Assembly: GCA_963817385.1 (NCBI GenBank)
Contig: CAWFOM010000006.1
Location: forward strand, 64,001 to 128,000
Reading direction: 5' to 3'
DNA from: an uncultured delta proteobacterium
Lineage (GTDB): Bacteria; Desulfobacterota; Syntrophia; Syntrophales; UBA5619
DNA: 64,000 nucleotides
Shown here: piece after piece, positions 25,660 to 37,159 of the stretch
Layout of the letters: each line of letters opens with the position of its first letter
How positions within the stretch are numbered: the stretch's first letter is position 1
Position numbers and translations under genes: made by a program
The notes under the pieces: model-generated
Databases searched by the model: none
What the model was told of the DNA's origin: nothing
The model's input: only the letters and a program-made list of their open reading frames with translations

Positions 25660-26589
25660 ATGGATGACGATCAGTGGCGGCTGACCGGCAAGGCGGATGC
25701 CCTGAGGCTTCGGGCGGCGATGATCCGGGCGATCCGCCGCTTCTTCCTCGATCAGGATTTTCTCGAAGTCGAAACGCCCATCCGGATTCCGGCGCCGGCG
25801 CCGGAATCCCATATCGATGCCGTCGCCTCGGGCGAATGGTTCCTGCAAACCTCCCCGGAACTCTGCATGAAGAGACTCCTGGCGGCGGGTTATCCGAAAA
25901 TCTTCCAGATCTGCCGATGTTTCCGCGCGGGGAGCGGGGCGTCCGTCACCTTCCGGAGTTTACCCTGCTTGAATGGTATCGGACGGGGACCGATTACCGG
26001 ACCCTGATGGATGACTGCGAGATCCTGATTGCCCGTGTTGCCGCGGATCTGGGTTTGGGCGGCGCCGTCACCTGGCAGGGCAGGAAGATCGACCTGACGC
26101 CCCGGTTGGGAGCGGCTCACCGTCCGGGAAGCCTTCGCCCGCTATGCCTCGCTCACCGTCGAGGAGGCGCTGAGGCGGGAGATCGTTTCGACGAGACCAT
26201 GGTTTGTGAAATCGAGCCCCATCTGGGCAGGGAGAGGCCCGTCTTCCTGTACGAATATCCCGCGTCGCTCGGCGCCCTGGCGCGGGTGAAGGCGGAAGAT
26301 CCGGGGGTTGCCGAACGGTTCGAACTCTATATCGCCGGTGCTGGAGCTGGCCAATGCCTTTTCCGAGCTGACCGATGCGGCGGAGCAGCGCCGGCGTTTC
26401 GAGGAGGTCTCCCGCGACCGCCGCCGGCATAACTGCCCGGTTACCCCCATGCCGGAGCGTTTTCTTGCGGCACTCTCCCGGATGCCCCCCTCCGCGGGCA
26501 TCGCCCTCGGCGTGGATCGTCTCGGCATGATCCTGGCCGATCAGGCCGGAATCGATGCGGTGGTTGCCTTTCCACCGGAATCTCTCTGA
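25660..26589 (+). CDS. epmA: EF-P lysine--beta-lysine ligase, several frameshifts
   Basis: FLEVETP, LQTSPELCMKRLL, HLPEFTLLEWYR, AERFELY, ELANAFSEL, GIALGVDRL. Confidence 0.93.
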
Positions 26590-26708
26590 TCTTTTCCCCT
26601 GCGGTAGCCCGGAAAAGAGCGATTGAAGTTCATCGGTCCTTGACAAGAACCTTCTTTTCCATTAGAGGTAGATTCCGTTTTCGTCATTTCTCAAAAAGGA
26701 GATTGAAC

Positions 26709-27467
26709 GTGAAAGAAGTATCGTCCGTTGCCGCGATGAACCTGGGGGGGAATTTCAGTGGTTCTCTTTTCGATATGGTCATTCATGCGGGATTTGTCGT
26801 CCAACTGGTTCTCCTGCTCCTGCTGATTTTTTCCGTCGTCTCGTGGGCCATCATCCTGATGAAATACTTCACGATCAGGAAGGTCGATCGGGAGAACGGG
26901 CACTTTCTGAGTCTCTACATGAAGAGCACGAAACTGTCGGAGATCTTCCCCGAGGCGAAGAAATTCAGGCATTCGACGCTGGCGGAAGTCTTCCGATCCG
27001 GGTATACCGAGCTTGCGAAGCTCACCAAGGCGGTACGGGGGAATCCCTCCGGCTCCGGAAAAGACGCCCCGGAAGCGGGCGGCCAGGGCGTCGAAATCGC
27101 CGGAATCGACAATGTGGAGCGGGCGATGAACAGGGCCTGCGGGTCGGAGGTCAACAAACTGGAAGCGGCCCTCGGCTTCCTGGCGACCACGGGAAGCGCC
27201 AGCCCCTTCATCGGTCTGTTCGGCACCGTCTGGGGGATCATGGACACCTTCAAGGGGATCGGCGCCCGGGGTTCGGCCACCCTGGCCGTCGTGGCGCCCG
27301 GGATCTCGGAGGCGCTGATCGCCACGGCGGCGGGCCTTGCAGCCGCCATCCCTGCCGTTATCTTTTACAATTACTACCTGAACCGGATCAAGAATATGAC
27401 CCTCGAGATGGATAATTTCGCCTCGGAGTTGCTCAACATCGTCGAGCGGTATTACGTGAAGAAATAA
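26709..27467 (+). CDS. tolQ: Tol-Pal protein TolQ
   Basis: SASPFIGLFGTVWGIM, VVAPGISEALIATA; AAGGAGA RBS; TTGACA at 26640. Confidence 0.95.
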   Translation: MKEVSSVAAMNLGGNFSGSLFDMVIHAGFVVQLVLLLLLIFSVVSWAIILMKYFTIRKVDRENGHFLSLYMKSTKLSEIFPEAKKFRHSTLAEVFRSGYTELAKLTKAVRGNPSGSGKDAPEAGGQGVEIAGIDNVERAMNRACGSEVNKLEAALGFLATTGSASPFIGLFGTVWGIMDTFKGIGARGSATLAVVAPGISEALIATAAGLAAAIPAVIFYNYYLNRIKNMTLEMDNFASELLNIVERYYVKK

Positions 27468-27474
27468 AAAAGCC

Positions 27475-27901
27475 ATGAAATACGCGAAGCGGAGAAACCA
27501 GTCTGACGACCGGCCGATGGCGGAGATCAATGTCACCCCCCTGGTGGACGTGATGCTCGTGCTGTTGATCATCTTCATGGTGACGGCGCCGATGCTGCAG
27601 ATGGGAATCGATGTCAATCTCCCCCGGGTCAAGGCGAAAAGCGTGGACGTTGCGGAGGAAAAGCTGGTGCTGACCATAAACGGCGCCAAAGAGATCTTCC
27701 TCAACAAAGTCGAAGATCCCGCTTACGGAACTCGGCACGAAGCTGGAACACATCTTCGTGTCTCGGATCGACCGTGAGGTCTATATGCGGGCGGACAGGA
27801 ACATCCCCTACGGGTTCGTGGTCGAGGTGATGGCCGAGGTACGGAAGGCCGGTGTCGACAAGCTGGGGATGATCACCGAACCGCCCGAGGAACGAAGGTG
27901 A
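27475..27901 (+). CDS. tolR: Tol-Pal protein TolR, frameshift near 27710
   Basis: EINVTPLVDVMLVLLIIFMVTAP; shifted C-terminus RADRNIPYG...KLGMITEP. Confidence 0.92.
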
Positions 27902-28681
27902 TGTCTGACGGATCGGTCAGGGAGAAGCGCGACGGATTGAGCCTGAACGGCATGATATTCCTGTCCCTCCTGCTCCATCTGGCGCTGCTCTCCCTGCTCT
28001 TTTTTTCCCCTTCCTTCCCCTCGCCGAAACTGACCTTCGGACCCGGTCTATACCGTCTCCCTGGTCAGCCTTCCCCAAAATGTCCTGGAGCAGAAGAGCT
28101 CCTCAACGGCTGCGACCAAGGAACTCATGGCAGCCGACCGCCCCGAGACGGTCGTGAAGAAGCAACTGGAGCCTGCGCCGGCAGTGCCCATCCGCAGCCT
28201 GGAGACCAAAAAGAAGAGGGATCCGGACCTCGAAAAGGCGATGGAGGAGATCCGGAAAAGGGCGGCCGCGACCGGTGCGGCTAAACCCGCCCCGGCAAAA
28301 GCCGCTCCGGATAAGGCAGAGAAGACCGAAAAGACCGAGAAGGCGGCTGGCCCGGCCGGTGGTCAACCCGGCGGCGCCGAGATGGATGCGCAGATGCGGG
28401 CCTACTATGCGGCGATCTGGTCCCGCATAAAAGGGAAATGGGCGCTCCCCCAGGGCATCCTGCCGGGAGAGGTGCTGGAAACGGTGATCGATGTGACCAT
28501 CCTGCGCAGCGGGGCGGTTACCGAGGTGAATTTTGAAAAACGTTCGGGGAATCGCTATTTTGACGAATCGGCCATGAAAGCGATCCAGAAGGCGAGCCCC
28601 TTGCCGCCCCTGCCGGCCTGGATCGGCGACAGCAGCATCGGGGTGGGTATCCGGTTCCATTCGTCGGAAATGATACGGTGA
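27901..28681 (+). CDS. tolA: TolA/TonB-family protein, frameshift near 28045
   Basis: SLLLHL TM motif; C-terminal domain SGNRYFDESAMKAIQKASPLPP; between tolR and tolB. Confidence 0.85.
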
Positions 28682-28709
28682 CGGACATCGGGAGGAAAGG
28701 TCGTATTGC

Positions 28710-30027
28710 ATGAAAAATCTGAAGCGTCTGGCTTCCGTGAGTCTGTTCCTGCTCTTCCTGTTTCACAACTCTCCGGCGTACGGGAAGGTGTACATCGACA
28801 TCGATTCCCCCTCTTTTCAGAAATTTCCTATTGCGATCACCGATTTCAAACCCCTGCGGTCCGGTGCCGAGACGGGCGATCTCCCCGTCTGGTTCGCCGA
28901 CACCCTCTCCCGGGATCTGCTCGTTGACGGGCTACTTCAGCGTCATCGACCGGAAGGCCTTCCTGGAAGATCCGAGCCAGGCGGGAATCACGGGGGAGGG
29001 GACCCGTTTCGCGGACTGGGTGACGATCGGCGCCGAATATCTCATCAAGGGCGGATTCCAGACGGACGGCCGGCAATTCATCACGGAGTTTCGTCTGTTT
29101 GATGTGGTGAAGGGGGAACTTGTCGTCGGGAAGAAGTATTTCGGGACGCCCGAGGACAAAAACCGTATGGTCGTGCAGTTCGCAAACGAGGTCCTGCAGG
29201 CCCTGACGGGAGAGGCGGGTCTGTTCGACACCCGGATCGCCTTTGTCCGGAAGAACAATACCTCTCAGGAGATCTATACGATCAATTTCGATGGTTCCGA
29301 CCTCCGCCGGATCACCAACTACAACTCGCTGACCCTCTCGCCGCGCTGGTCTCCCGATGGCCGGCATCTGGCCTTCACCTCGTTCAAGGAAGGAAATCCG
29401 GACATCTATCTCCAGGATCTGGAGAGCGGGAAGACCCAGCGGATCGCCTCCTATCCTGGGCTCAACCTTCCCGGTTCCTGGTCCCGCGACAGCACAAAGC
29501 TTCTGGTGACGCTGACCCGGGACGGGAATCAGGAGATCTATGACATGAACGTCGGAAACAGGCTCCTCCAGCGCCTGACCCGCGAATTTTCCATCGATGT
29601 CTCTCCCGTCCGCTCGCCGGACGAGAGGCGGATCGCCTTCGTTTCGAACCGGGACGGCTCCCCGCAGATCTACATCATGGATGCCGACGGCGGCAACGTG
29701 CGGCGGTTGACCCTTGACGGGAATTACAACACCTCGCCTGCCTGGTCGCCGAAGGGGAAGAAGATCGCCTACGAGGGGTCCGTCAACGGCCGGTTTCAGA
29801 TCTTCGTCATCAACGAAGAGGGCGGAACTCCCCAGCAGCTGACCTTTGGAGGCAGCGATCATGAATCTCCCTCCTGGTCGCCGGATGGGCGGTATCTGGC
29901 TTATAGTGTCCGCGGTTACGGCCGCAGCAGGATCGAGATCATGAATGCGGGCGGCCAGAACACCCGGGTGCTGCATGAGGGGAATGACGGCTGCCAGAGT
30001 CCCTTCTGGTCTCCGCACCTGCGCTGA
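28710..30027 (+). CDS. tolB: Tol-Pal beta-propeller protein TolB, frameshift near 28920
   Basis: Signal peptide; repeated SPxWSPDG propeller blades. Confidence 0.95.
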
Positions 30028-30180
30028 AGTTGTTTGGTTATGAGTGTAAGGAATTGTATTCAGTACAGAAATAAAAAAAATTCCATTTTTTCGGTTGATT
30101 TTTACCGTCAGGAGTGATTTATACTACAAAAAGTTATTTATTGAACCACATAACCATCATTGATCTAAGAAAGGAGAATT

Positions 30181-30843
30181 ATGATGAAAAGAAATTTGTT
30201 ATCCGTAGTGCTGATCGCCCTGGTCCTCTGTCTCTCCGTCAGCTTCCTCACCGGTTGCGCCAAGAAGGCGGGACTGAGGGAGGGAGCGGCGATGACCCAG
30301 GAGCAGAAGGCGGCAGCCCAGGCGCCGGCGGTAGCCAGGCCTGCTGCGCCCGGGGACGATGCGGCCGCGAGGGAGCGCGCGCTTCGCGAGCAGGCCTTGA
30401 GGGAAAAGGCCGAGAAGGAAGCGGCGGAAAAGGCCAAGAAGGATGCGGCCGACAAGGCCAAGAAGGAAGCGGCGGCGAAGGCGGCGGCGATCATGAAGGA
30501 ACTCCAGATCCCGGATATCAACTTTGATTTCGACAAGTACAACCTCAAGCCGTTGGCGCAGACGACCCTGAAAAACGGCGCCCCGGCGTACCTGAAATAT
30601 AGAGATTATAAACTCGTGGTGGAAGGTCACTGTGACGAGCGGGGCACCGTGGAATACAACCTGGCGCTCGGCCAGAAGCGTGCGGATGAAGCTGCCAAAT
30701 ACCTTGCCGACCTGGGGATCGAGAAGGAACGGATCAAGACGATCAGCTACGGCAAGGAGATGCCTTTGGATCCGGGGCATGATGAGGCCGCCTGGGCGAA
30801 GAACAGAAGGGATCACTTCGTTATCTTCCCGCCGGTAAAGTGA
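30181..30843 (+). CDS. pal: Peptidoglycan-associated lipoprotein
   Basis: Lipobox LTGC; EGHCDERGTVEYNLALGQKRA; SYGKE; KNRR. Confidence 0.95.
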   Translation: MMKRNLLSVVLIALVLCLSVSFLTGCAKKAGLREGAAMTQEQKAAAQAPAVARPAAPGDDAAARERALREQALREKAEKEAAEKAKKDAADKAKKEAAAKAAAIMKELQIPDINFDFDKYNLKPLAQTTLKNGAPAYLKYRDYKLVVEGHCDERGTVEYNLALGQKRADEAAKYLADLGIEKERIKTISYGKEMPLDPGHDEAAWAKNRRDHFVIFPPVK

Positions 30844-30995
30844 TATTCCTTTTCCCGGGGGAATCATTGCCGGCCCCGCGAAAAACAGTCTCGCCGGTTT
30901 GCAGGCCGGCAGTGGTAAGGGAGAAATCCTGCCCACGTTGTGGCAGTGATTGTATCAGTGGGTTTTGATGATTGGTCGGCCCGAGAGAAGAATGG

Positions 30996-31031
30996 TCCTG
31001 TGAGCCCTGCTAGTACGTGGGGCTCACAGGA
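30996..31031. other. Perfect 12-bp inverted repeat in the pal-cpoB spacer
   Basis: tcctgtgagccc-N12-gggctcacagga, no U-tract. Confidence 0.6.
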
Positions 31032-31074
31032 TTGTCGTTCGACGGCCCATTGGGAAAAACTGCCGGAGCGGACC

Positions 31075-32001
31075 ATGGCGAAAGAGGGAGATTTCTTGCG
31101 AAGATTTTGGCACATCCCGGCGGTGATCGCTCTGCTGTTCGTGGTTGGATGCGCCACGACGAACGATCTCCGGCGCGTTCACGGCGATCTGGATAATCAG
31201 ATCCGGCTCACCAACGATAAGATCGCGGGCGTCGAGCAGGGATCGGCCGGCGTGAAGGAGGAGATTGCCGACCTCCGGAGAGAGGTTGAAAAGACCGGCG
31301 GTACGATCACGACGGTGCGCGGCACCCAGGCGGACAGCCGGGCCGAAATGACCGAGATCAGGGAGCAGATCCAGCAGATCCGGGGGAGCATCGATGGTCT
31401 GAGGAAGGATCTTTCCACCGCCACCTCCCGGACGAGCAGGCGGGAAGAGGAGGAGAAGGGTCTCCGGGAAAAGCTGGAAAGCCTGACGTTCAAGATCAAC
31501 TTCATCGAGAATTTCCTCGGGATCGGCAAGAAAGAAGATGCGGCGGATGCCGCAGTGGAGAAGAACGGAAAGCCGCCGGCAGCCCCGAAGGAGGCGACCC
31601 CAAAGGAGGCGGCCGGTAAGGGTAAGACGGATAAGGAGTCCCTTTACGCGGCTGCTTATGAACTCTTTCGGGAGGGAAAGTATGAGAAGTCGCGGGAAGG
31701 GTTCGAATCGTTCCTCAAGCAGTACCCTGATACGGAATTTTCCGACAACGCTCAGTTCTGGATCGGCGAGTGTTACTACTTTGAGAAAAAGTACGAAAAG
31801 GCGATTGTCGAATACGACAAGGTGACAAAGAACTTTCCCGATGGCAACAAGGTTCCCTACGCCCTCCTGAAACAGGGGCTCTCCTTCCTGAAACTGGGGG
31901 ATAAGGCGAGCGCCAAACTCCTCCTGCAGCAGGTGATCAAGGATTTCCCCAACACGAGTCAGGCGCGCATCGCGCGCGGTCGACTCCTCGAAATCAAATA
32001 A
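31075..32001 (+). CDS. cpoB: Cell division coordinator CpoB/YbgF
   Basis: Lipobox VVGC, coiled coil, TPR with DNAQFWIGECYY and ALLKQG; follows pal. Confidence 0.92.
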   Translation: MAKEGDFLRRFWHIPAVIALLFVVGCATTNDLRRVHGDLDNQIRLTNDKIAGVEQGSAGVKEEIADLRREVEKTGGTITTVRGTQADSRAEMTEIREQIQQIRGSIDGLRKDLSTATSRTSRREEEEKGLREKLESLTFKINFIENFLGIGKKEDAADAAVEKNGKPPAAPKEATPKEAAGKGKTDKESLYAAAYELFREGKYEKSREGFESFLKQYPDTEFSDNAQFWIGECYYFEKKYEKAIVEYDKVTKNFPDGNKVPYALLKQGLSFLKLGDKASAKLLLQQVIKDFPNTSQARIARGRLLEIK

Positions 32002-32003
32002 CA

Positions 32004-32813
32004 TTATCTTTCCTGGAGAGGGATGGGGGTAATCCCCTCAGGGATCGGCAGGGCGAATGACGCCGCGTCATCGAGCGTGCGGATCTCCGTGTAGCGCAGG
32101 GCCAGCGACATGGCCTCTGAGGAAATCGTCAACCGTTGCGGCATGAAACCCTTTCCCACCCGTGTATACTCCGCAAAATCGGCGGTATAGACGATCTCCC
32201 CGCTCTCGGTAAAGGTGCGAGCCCGGATGAGGACCCCCTCCGCCGGATCGATCCAGAGGGAGCGGATCTTCCTCCCGTCCCGGTACTGATCGACGCGGTA
32301 AAGCCCATCCTCCCGCTCCCCCGCGAGGGAAGACGAAGTTTCCTCCTCCCCCGGCGGACGGCCCATCAGGAGGGAGACGATCTCGGCGGCCGGCAGGGCC
32401 AGGGGGAAGAAGCGGGATATGGTCCAACTCGTGGCCGGACCGACGTAGAATGCACCCTTCCCGGGGAGAAAAACGCGGAGTTCGCCGCCATCGATCGACA
32501 GGAAAAAATCGGGCGGGCCCAGGAGAGGTATTGATTCAAGCCGGAGATCCGCGGGTCTTCTTATCATCATCGCAGCTTTCAGAGGGTACCGTTCGCCATG
32601 ATTGTTGATTTCGATCCGGGCTGTGGCGGTTACTGTTCCGATGGGTCCGGACGCTGCAAGCGCGTAAAGGGCGGCCTCAGGCAGGGTATCGTTGGCGCTA
32701 CCGGGAACGGCGGCCCTCCCACCGGCACAGCCGGCCAGGAGAGGGCCGAATGCCGTGATCAGGAGCAGTATCCCGGCGCCGCGTCGGAAGCATCGATCTG
32801 CTGAATGTCTCAT
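32004..32813 (-). CDS. Lipoprotein, LolB/DUF4292-like
   Basis: Lipobox LAGC; predicted LolA/LolB-type beta fold; downstream of TPR gene. Confidence 0.6.
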   Translation of the reverse strand: MRHSADRCFRRGAGILLLITAFGPLLAGCAGGRAAVPGSANDTLPEAALYALAASGPIGTVTATARIEINNHGERYPLKAAMMIRRPADLRLESIPLLGPPDFFLSIDGGELRVFLPGKGAFYVGPATSWTISRFFPLALPAAEIVSLLMGRPPGEEETSSSLAGEREDGLYRVDQYRDGRKIRSLWIDPAEGVLIRARTFTESGEIVYTADFAEYTRVGKGFMPQRLTISSEAMSLALRYTEIRTLDDAASFALPIPEGITPIPLQER

Positions 32814-32818
32814 GTGGA

Positions 32819-34537
32819 TCAGGGGGTCTTCTTCCGGACAAGGTCATCGAGCTTCTTCTTGAGGGCTTCGCTCTCCGGATTGAACCGGATGGCGTGCTCG
32901 TACGCCTCGACGGCCTCCCGGATCTGACCGGATCTGATATAGACGTCCCCCAGGTGCTCGCTTATTGCCGCATCCTCAGGGAGGGCTTCCGCAGCTTCCT
33001 TCAGATACCGGATGGCTTCATCGAGCCTGTTCTGCCGAAAGTAGACCCATCCCAGCGAGTCGATCATATACCCGTTGCCCGGTTTCAGCTGGAGCGCCTT
33101 CTTGATCATCCTTTCCGCCTCGTCGAGGTGAATCCCTCGATCCGCATACAGGTATCCGATGAAGTTGAGGGCTTCCGCATGATCCGGATCGAGCTTCAGG
33201 ACTGTCTGCATCGCGGTAATGCTCTCCTCAAAACGGTCGGTCTTTTCGAAGAGAACGCCGAGGCCGTAGATGAGATCGACGCTGTCGGGAAGGGTCCGGA
33301 GTCCCTCCCTGAGGATCGCTTCCGCCGCAGGGAATTGTTTGTCTTCCTCATAGAGGGAGGCGAGATAGGCGTAGAGGCCCGGGGCATCCGTTCTTCTTTT
33401 TGATGGCTTTGAGGAGGGAATCGACTGCCTCGTCACCGCGCTTCTGCTTCTTTAAGATCATCGCGATGCGGATCTGTGCGTAGGTGAACTGCTCCGCCGT
33501 AACGGGGATCCGTCCCAGGGTCTCCAGCGCCTTATCATCGGCCTTGATTTCCTCGTATGTCGTGCCGAGGAGGTACATGATGCGGTATTCTGTCGGGTAT
33601 TCCTGCACCAGCGCGGCTAACTTCTCGATCGCCTTGTCACGCTGGCCACGCTCCAGGTAGATGAGCCCCAGCGTCAGGTTTATCTCACGGTTCTTCGGAT
33701 CAAGTTTCAGGACCTCCCGAAAAGCCATCTCCGCCTCATCGTAACGCTTCTCCCGGAGGAGTAGTTCGCCAAGCTTGATCCGGGCCTGGATACTGGCAGG
33801 GAACGCCTCATTTATTTTGTTGTAGACTTCGATCGCCTGGGAGATCTTTTTTTGCCGTTCGTACAGGAGGGCAAGATCGATCATGGCTGATTCGAACTCG
33901 GGCCTGAGGGCCGCGGTCTTCTTGAATCCTTCCTCGGCCTCATCGTAGCGCTGCAGATCGGCCAGGATCCTGGCAAGATAATAATTCGCCATGAAGTGGT
34001 TGGGATCGATCCGGAGCAGTTCCCTGAAACTCGGCAATGGCCTCGTCGAACTGCTTGAGCTCCGCATGGCTCGTCCCGAGATAGAAGCGGGCGGTGACAT
34101 TCTTCGGGTCCAGTTCCACCACCCGCCGGTACGCCTCTGCCGCGCTCCGGTAGTCCTTTACGTTCAGGTAGAGGCCCCCGAGAAGGAGGAGGGTATCGAT
34201 GTCATTCGGATATTCAACAAGGGTTTGCTTGCAGATCGCCAGGGCCTTATCCGTCTCCCCTTTTTCCGCGTAAAAAGAGGCGATTTCCTTTGCGAGATAG
34301 GGGGAAGAGGGATCGAGGCGGCGGGCCTCTTCCATCTCCCGAATCGCCTCCCCCATATTTTCGTTGAGCGCCTGAAGGATGGCCAGGGAATAGTGAAATG
34401 CCGCCCCGGCCGGTGAGTGGGCCGGAGCGGGTTGCGGCGGAGCGGCGCTCTCCCGCGAGGGGGAGGGCGGCGCATCCCGAAAGTGTCGGGATCATCAGAA
34501 AAAGGAGGTATATGCTGCAGAAAACGTTCCTTGTCAT
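32819..34537 (-). CDS. TPR-repeat lipoprotein, three frameshifts (about 34430, 34025, 33400)
   Basis: Lipobox LSGC; consecutive TPRs; ALNFIGY..DSLGWVY..EHLGD C-terminus. Confidence 0.88.
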
Positions 34538-35490
34538 TTCACGGTTTCCTTCCTGTCACCATTTTGCATGCTACCGATTATTTGTGCGTGCATCTTTTTT
34601 TCTTTTCCTCCGGGCGCGCCGAGGTAAGCGGAGACGGAGATCATCCGCACCCCGTCCTCCTGCCAGAGCGACTGGGCATCCCGTAACGCTCGTATCGTCG
34701 CGGGATGGGGATGGCCGATCATCAAGAGCGGTTTCCCCTGTTCCCAACCCCGCCAGGGCGGGTGCGTGAGATTCGAAAGGGCGGCGGCATAACCCGGCGT
34801 ATGATCGATGAAGACCGCCCGGGCAGCGAACCGGACACCTGCCCTGGCGGCCGCCGACCGTGCCCGTGAATGAGGGGTGGTCAGGCTGTCCACAAAGAAG
34901 AGGTCCCTTTTCGAGAGCTCCTGCATGACGACGGCAAGCCTGGTCTCATCCTCCATGAACCGGGAGCCCATATGGTTGTTTACCCCCGAGACGTAGGGAA
35001 CCGCAGCCAGATCCGCTTCGATCTGTCTCACGATTGCCGCATCGTCCATATCGACAAAGAGCGCTCCCGTGCCGGGATCCTCCGCCGGGTAGGAATGCGG
35101 TTCCATCGGCAGGTGGAGGAGGATCTCCTTCCCCGCCGTATGGAGGAGTCTGGCCGCCTCCGCGGCATGAGGGGTGTGGGGGAGGATGGCAAAGGCGATT
35201 GGCGCTCTGATTCGTGCCAGTTCCTCCACCAAGCCGAGATCGAAGCCGATATCGTCGATGATGACGGCGATCCGCCGTCCTTGGCCCTCTGCCCCGGGCC
35301 GCTTCCACTTCTGCGATTCCGGTTTCAACGCTCGTCCCCGGGGTTGCGTTGTGCGGCTATCGGAGACGACGGTTTGATCGGTCCTGCGGACGATTACCCG
35401 CTCCAGAAAAATGACTGCCGCCGCGATCAGGGCGGCGGCAATGATCACGGTTAGGAAGGGAAATCGCCTGAAACTCCTGAAAAATTTCAT
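34534..35490 (-). CDS. Divergent polysaccharide deacetylase (YibQ family)
   Basis: IIDDIG, LHLPMEP, GVNNHMGS, FVDSLT, IGHP. Confidence 0.93.
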   Translation of the reverse strand: MKFFRSFRRFPFLTVIIAAALIAAAVIFLERVIVRRTDQTVVSDSRTTQPRGRALKPESQKWKRPGAEGQGRRIAVIIDDIGFDLGLVEELARIRAPIAFAILPHTPHAAEAARLLHTAGKEILLHLPMEPHSYPAEDPGTGALFVDMDDAAIVRQIEADLAAVPYVSGVNNHMGSRFMEDETRLAVVMQELSKRDLFFVDSLTTPHSRARSAAARAGVRFAARAVFIDHTPGYAAALSNLTHPPWRGWEQGKPLLMIGHPHPATIRALRDAQSLWQEDGVRMISVSAYLGAPGGKEKKMHAQIIGSMQNGDRKETVK

Positions 35491-35512
35491 GCATCGTGTC
35501 TGCCGACGACGT

Positions 35513-36835
35513 TCATCCTTTCATGTTCCTCTTAAGAATATCCCAGCTTTTTAGGATGTCGATCGCATTCTTCAACTGATTATCTTGGGCCAAGGTGTCG
35601 GGTTCCTTCTTCGGATCTTCTTTCGAATCCACCGGTTTGGATTCGAGCTCCTTGGCCGATTTGATATGGCCCTGCAGGTCCCGCTCCCGGATCCGCATCT
35701 GCTGTTCTTCGGCGCCGTTCTTCTCTTCAGCCGGCCGGATAAGTTTCACGACGATATCAGGGGTAATCCCCTCCGCCTGGATGGATCGTCCCTTGGGGGT
35801 ATAGTATTTGGCCGTCGTCAGCTTCAGCGCCCCGCCGTCTTCCAGGGGGATGACCGTCTGCACGGACCCTTTGCCGAATGTCTGCGCCCCCAGGATCACC
35901 GCCCGCCCGTTGTCCTGCAGGGCTCCGGAGACGATCTCCGCGGCGCTGGCTGTGCCCTCATTGACGATCACGACGATTGGACAGGTAGGTTCATCCCCGT
36001 CGTCTTTCGCCATGGCTTTACTTTCCATGCTTTTTGACCGGCCGCGCGTGGAAACGATAATCCCCGATTTCAGGAAGAGGTCCGATACTTCTACGGACTG
36101 ATTGAGGAGGCCGCCGGGGTTGTTTCTCATGTCGATGACGAGCCCTGTCAGGGGGGTTGCCTTTGCATCGATCTCCTTAAGGGTCTTTTTCACATCATCG
36201 ACCGTCCGCTCCTGAAACGAGGCAATCCGGATGTAGCCGATCTGATTGTCGTAGATTTTTGACTTGACGCTCTTGATCTTGATGATGCTGCGGGTGATCA
36301 CGAAATCCTTCGGTTTAGTCATCCCTTCACGGAATATGGTGATGGTTACCTTCGTGTCCCGGGGGCCCCGGAGCTTTTTGACTGCTTCCGTGATCGTGAT
36401 GTCCTTTGTCGATTTGTCGTCGATCTTGATGATCTGGTCGCCCGCCTTGAGCCCGGCGTTGAAGGCTGGGGTGTCTTCAATAGGGGAGACGATGGTGAGC
36501 ACATCTTTGAGGATCGTGATCTCGATCCCGAGCCCGCCGAAGCTCCCGCGGGTCTCCACCTCCAGTTCCTTGTACATGTCCGCGGTCATGAAGCTGCTGT
36601 GGGGGTCGAGGGATTTTATCATCCCGTTGATCGCTCCCTGTATCAGCTTGTCGCTCTCTACCGGTTCCACGTAGTTTTTTTCCACCATGTCCAGAACCTC
36701 ACTGAAGGTCTTGAGGTTCTTGTAGGTATTCCGGTCAATGGCCGAGACGCGGCTGTCGCCGTAGGGTCCGAGCAGGATCAGGACGGTCAGAAAGGCAAGC
36801 AGGACGACTGCCTTCTTGGTAAAAAAGATATTCAT
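35513..36835 (-). CDS. Carboxyl-terminal processing protease, S41 family (CtpA-like)
   Basis: LDPHS, PDZ domain, DMRNNPGG, TASAAEIV, TFGKGSVQ. Confidence 0.96.
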   Translation of the reverse strand: MNIFFTKKAVVLLAFLTVLILLGPYGDSRVSAIDRNTYKNLKTFSEVLDMVEKNYVEPVESDKLIQGAINGMIKSLDPHSSFMTADMYKELEVETRGSFGGLGIEITILKDVLTIVSPIEDTPAFNAGLKAGDQIIKIDDKSTKDITITEAVKKLRGPRDTKVTITIFREGMTKPKDFVITRSIIKIKSVKSKIYDNQIGYIRIASFQERTVDDVKKTLKEIDAKATPLTGLVIDMRNNPGGLLNQSVEVSDLFLKSGIIVSTRGRSKSMESKAMAKDDGDEPTCPIVVIVNEGTASAAEIVSGALQDNGRAVILGAQTFGKGSVQTVIPLEDGGALKLTTAKYYTPKGRSIQAEGITPDIVVKLIRPAEEKNGAEEQQMRIRERDLQGHIKSAKELESKPVDSKEDPKKEPDTLAQDNQLKNAIDILKSWDILKRNMKG

Positions 36836-37159
36836 CTAATTTTCCTCCACGGTTGAGTCGAAATCAATCATACCAGCTAGTATAGCAATATCACTTTTTT
36901 TACAAATTTCCATCACTTTTTCCGCGCCCGATGATGAATGCGACTGTGCGCTTGGAGGAAGCTTAGGAACGCTACACGGTGAACGACAGCAGTCACCTGT
37001 TGAAAATCTGAGACCATGGATTAAAATTATTTGCCGTAACGACAATTTATGTGTAAAAGCTTAAAATCGCCTTTCTCGGGGAGCTTAGGGGTAATAGGGC
37101 GATGATCGGTCAGGACAGGATTTTTCTTAAAACGGTGCAACGGCCCTGAAGGGGGGGAT

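Noticed and set aside
17511..34537. Programmed frameshifting or mass pseudogenisation
   Set aside because: No shared slippery motif; core genes are hit; flanking sequence is otherwise well conserved
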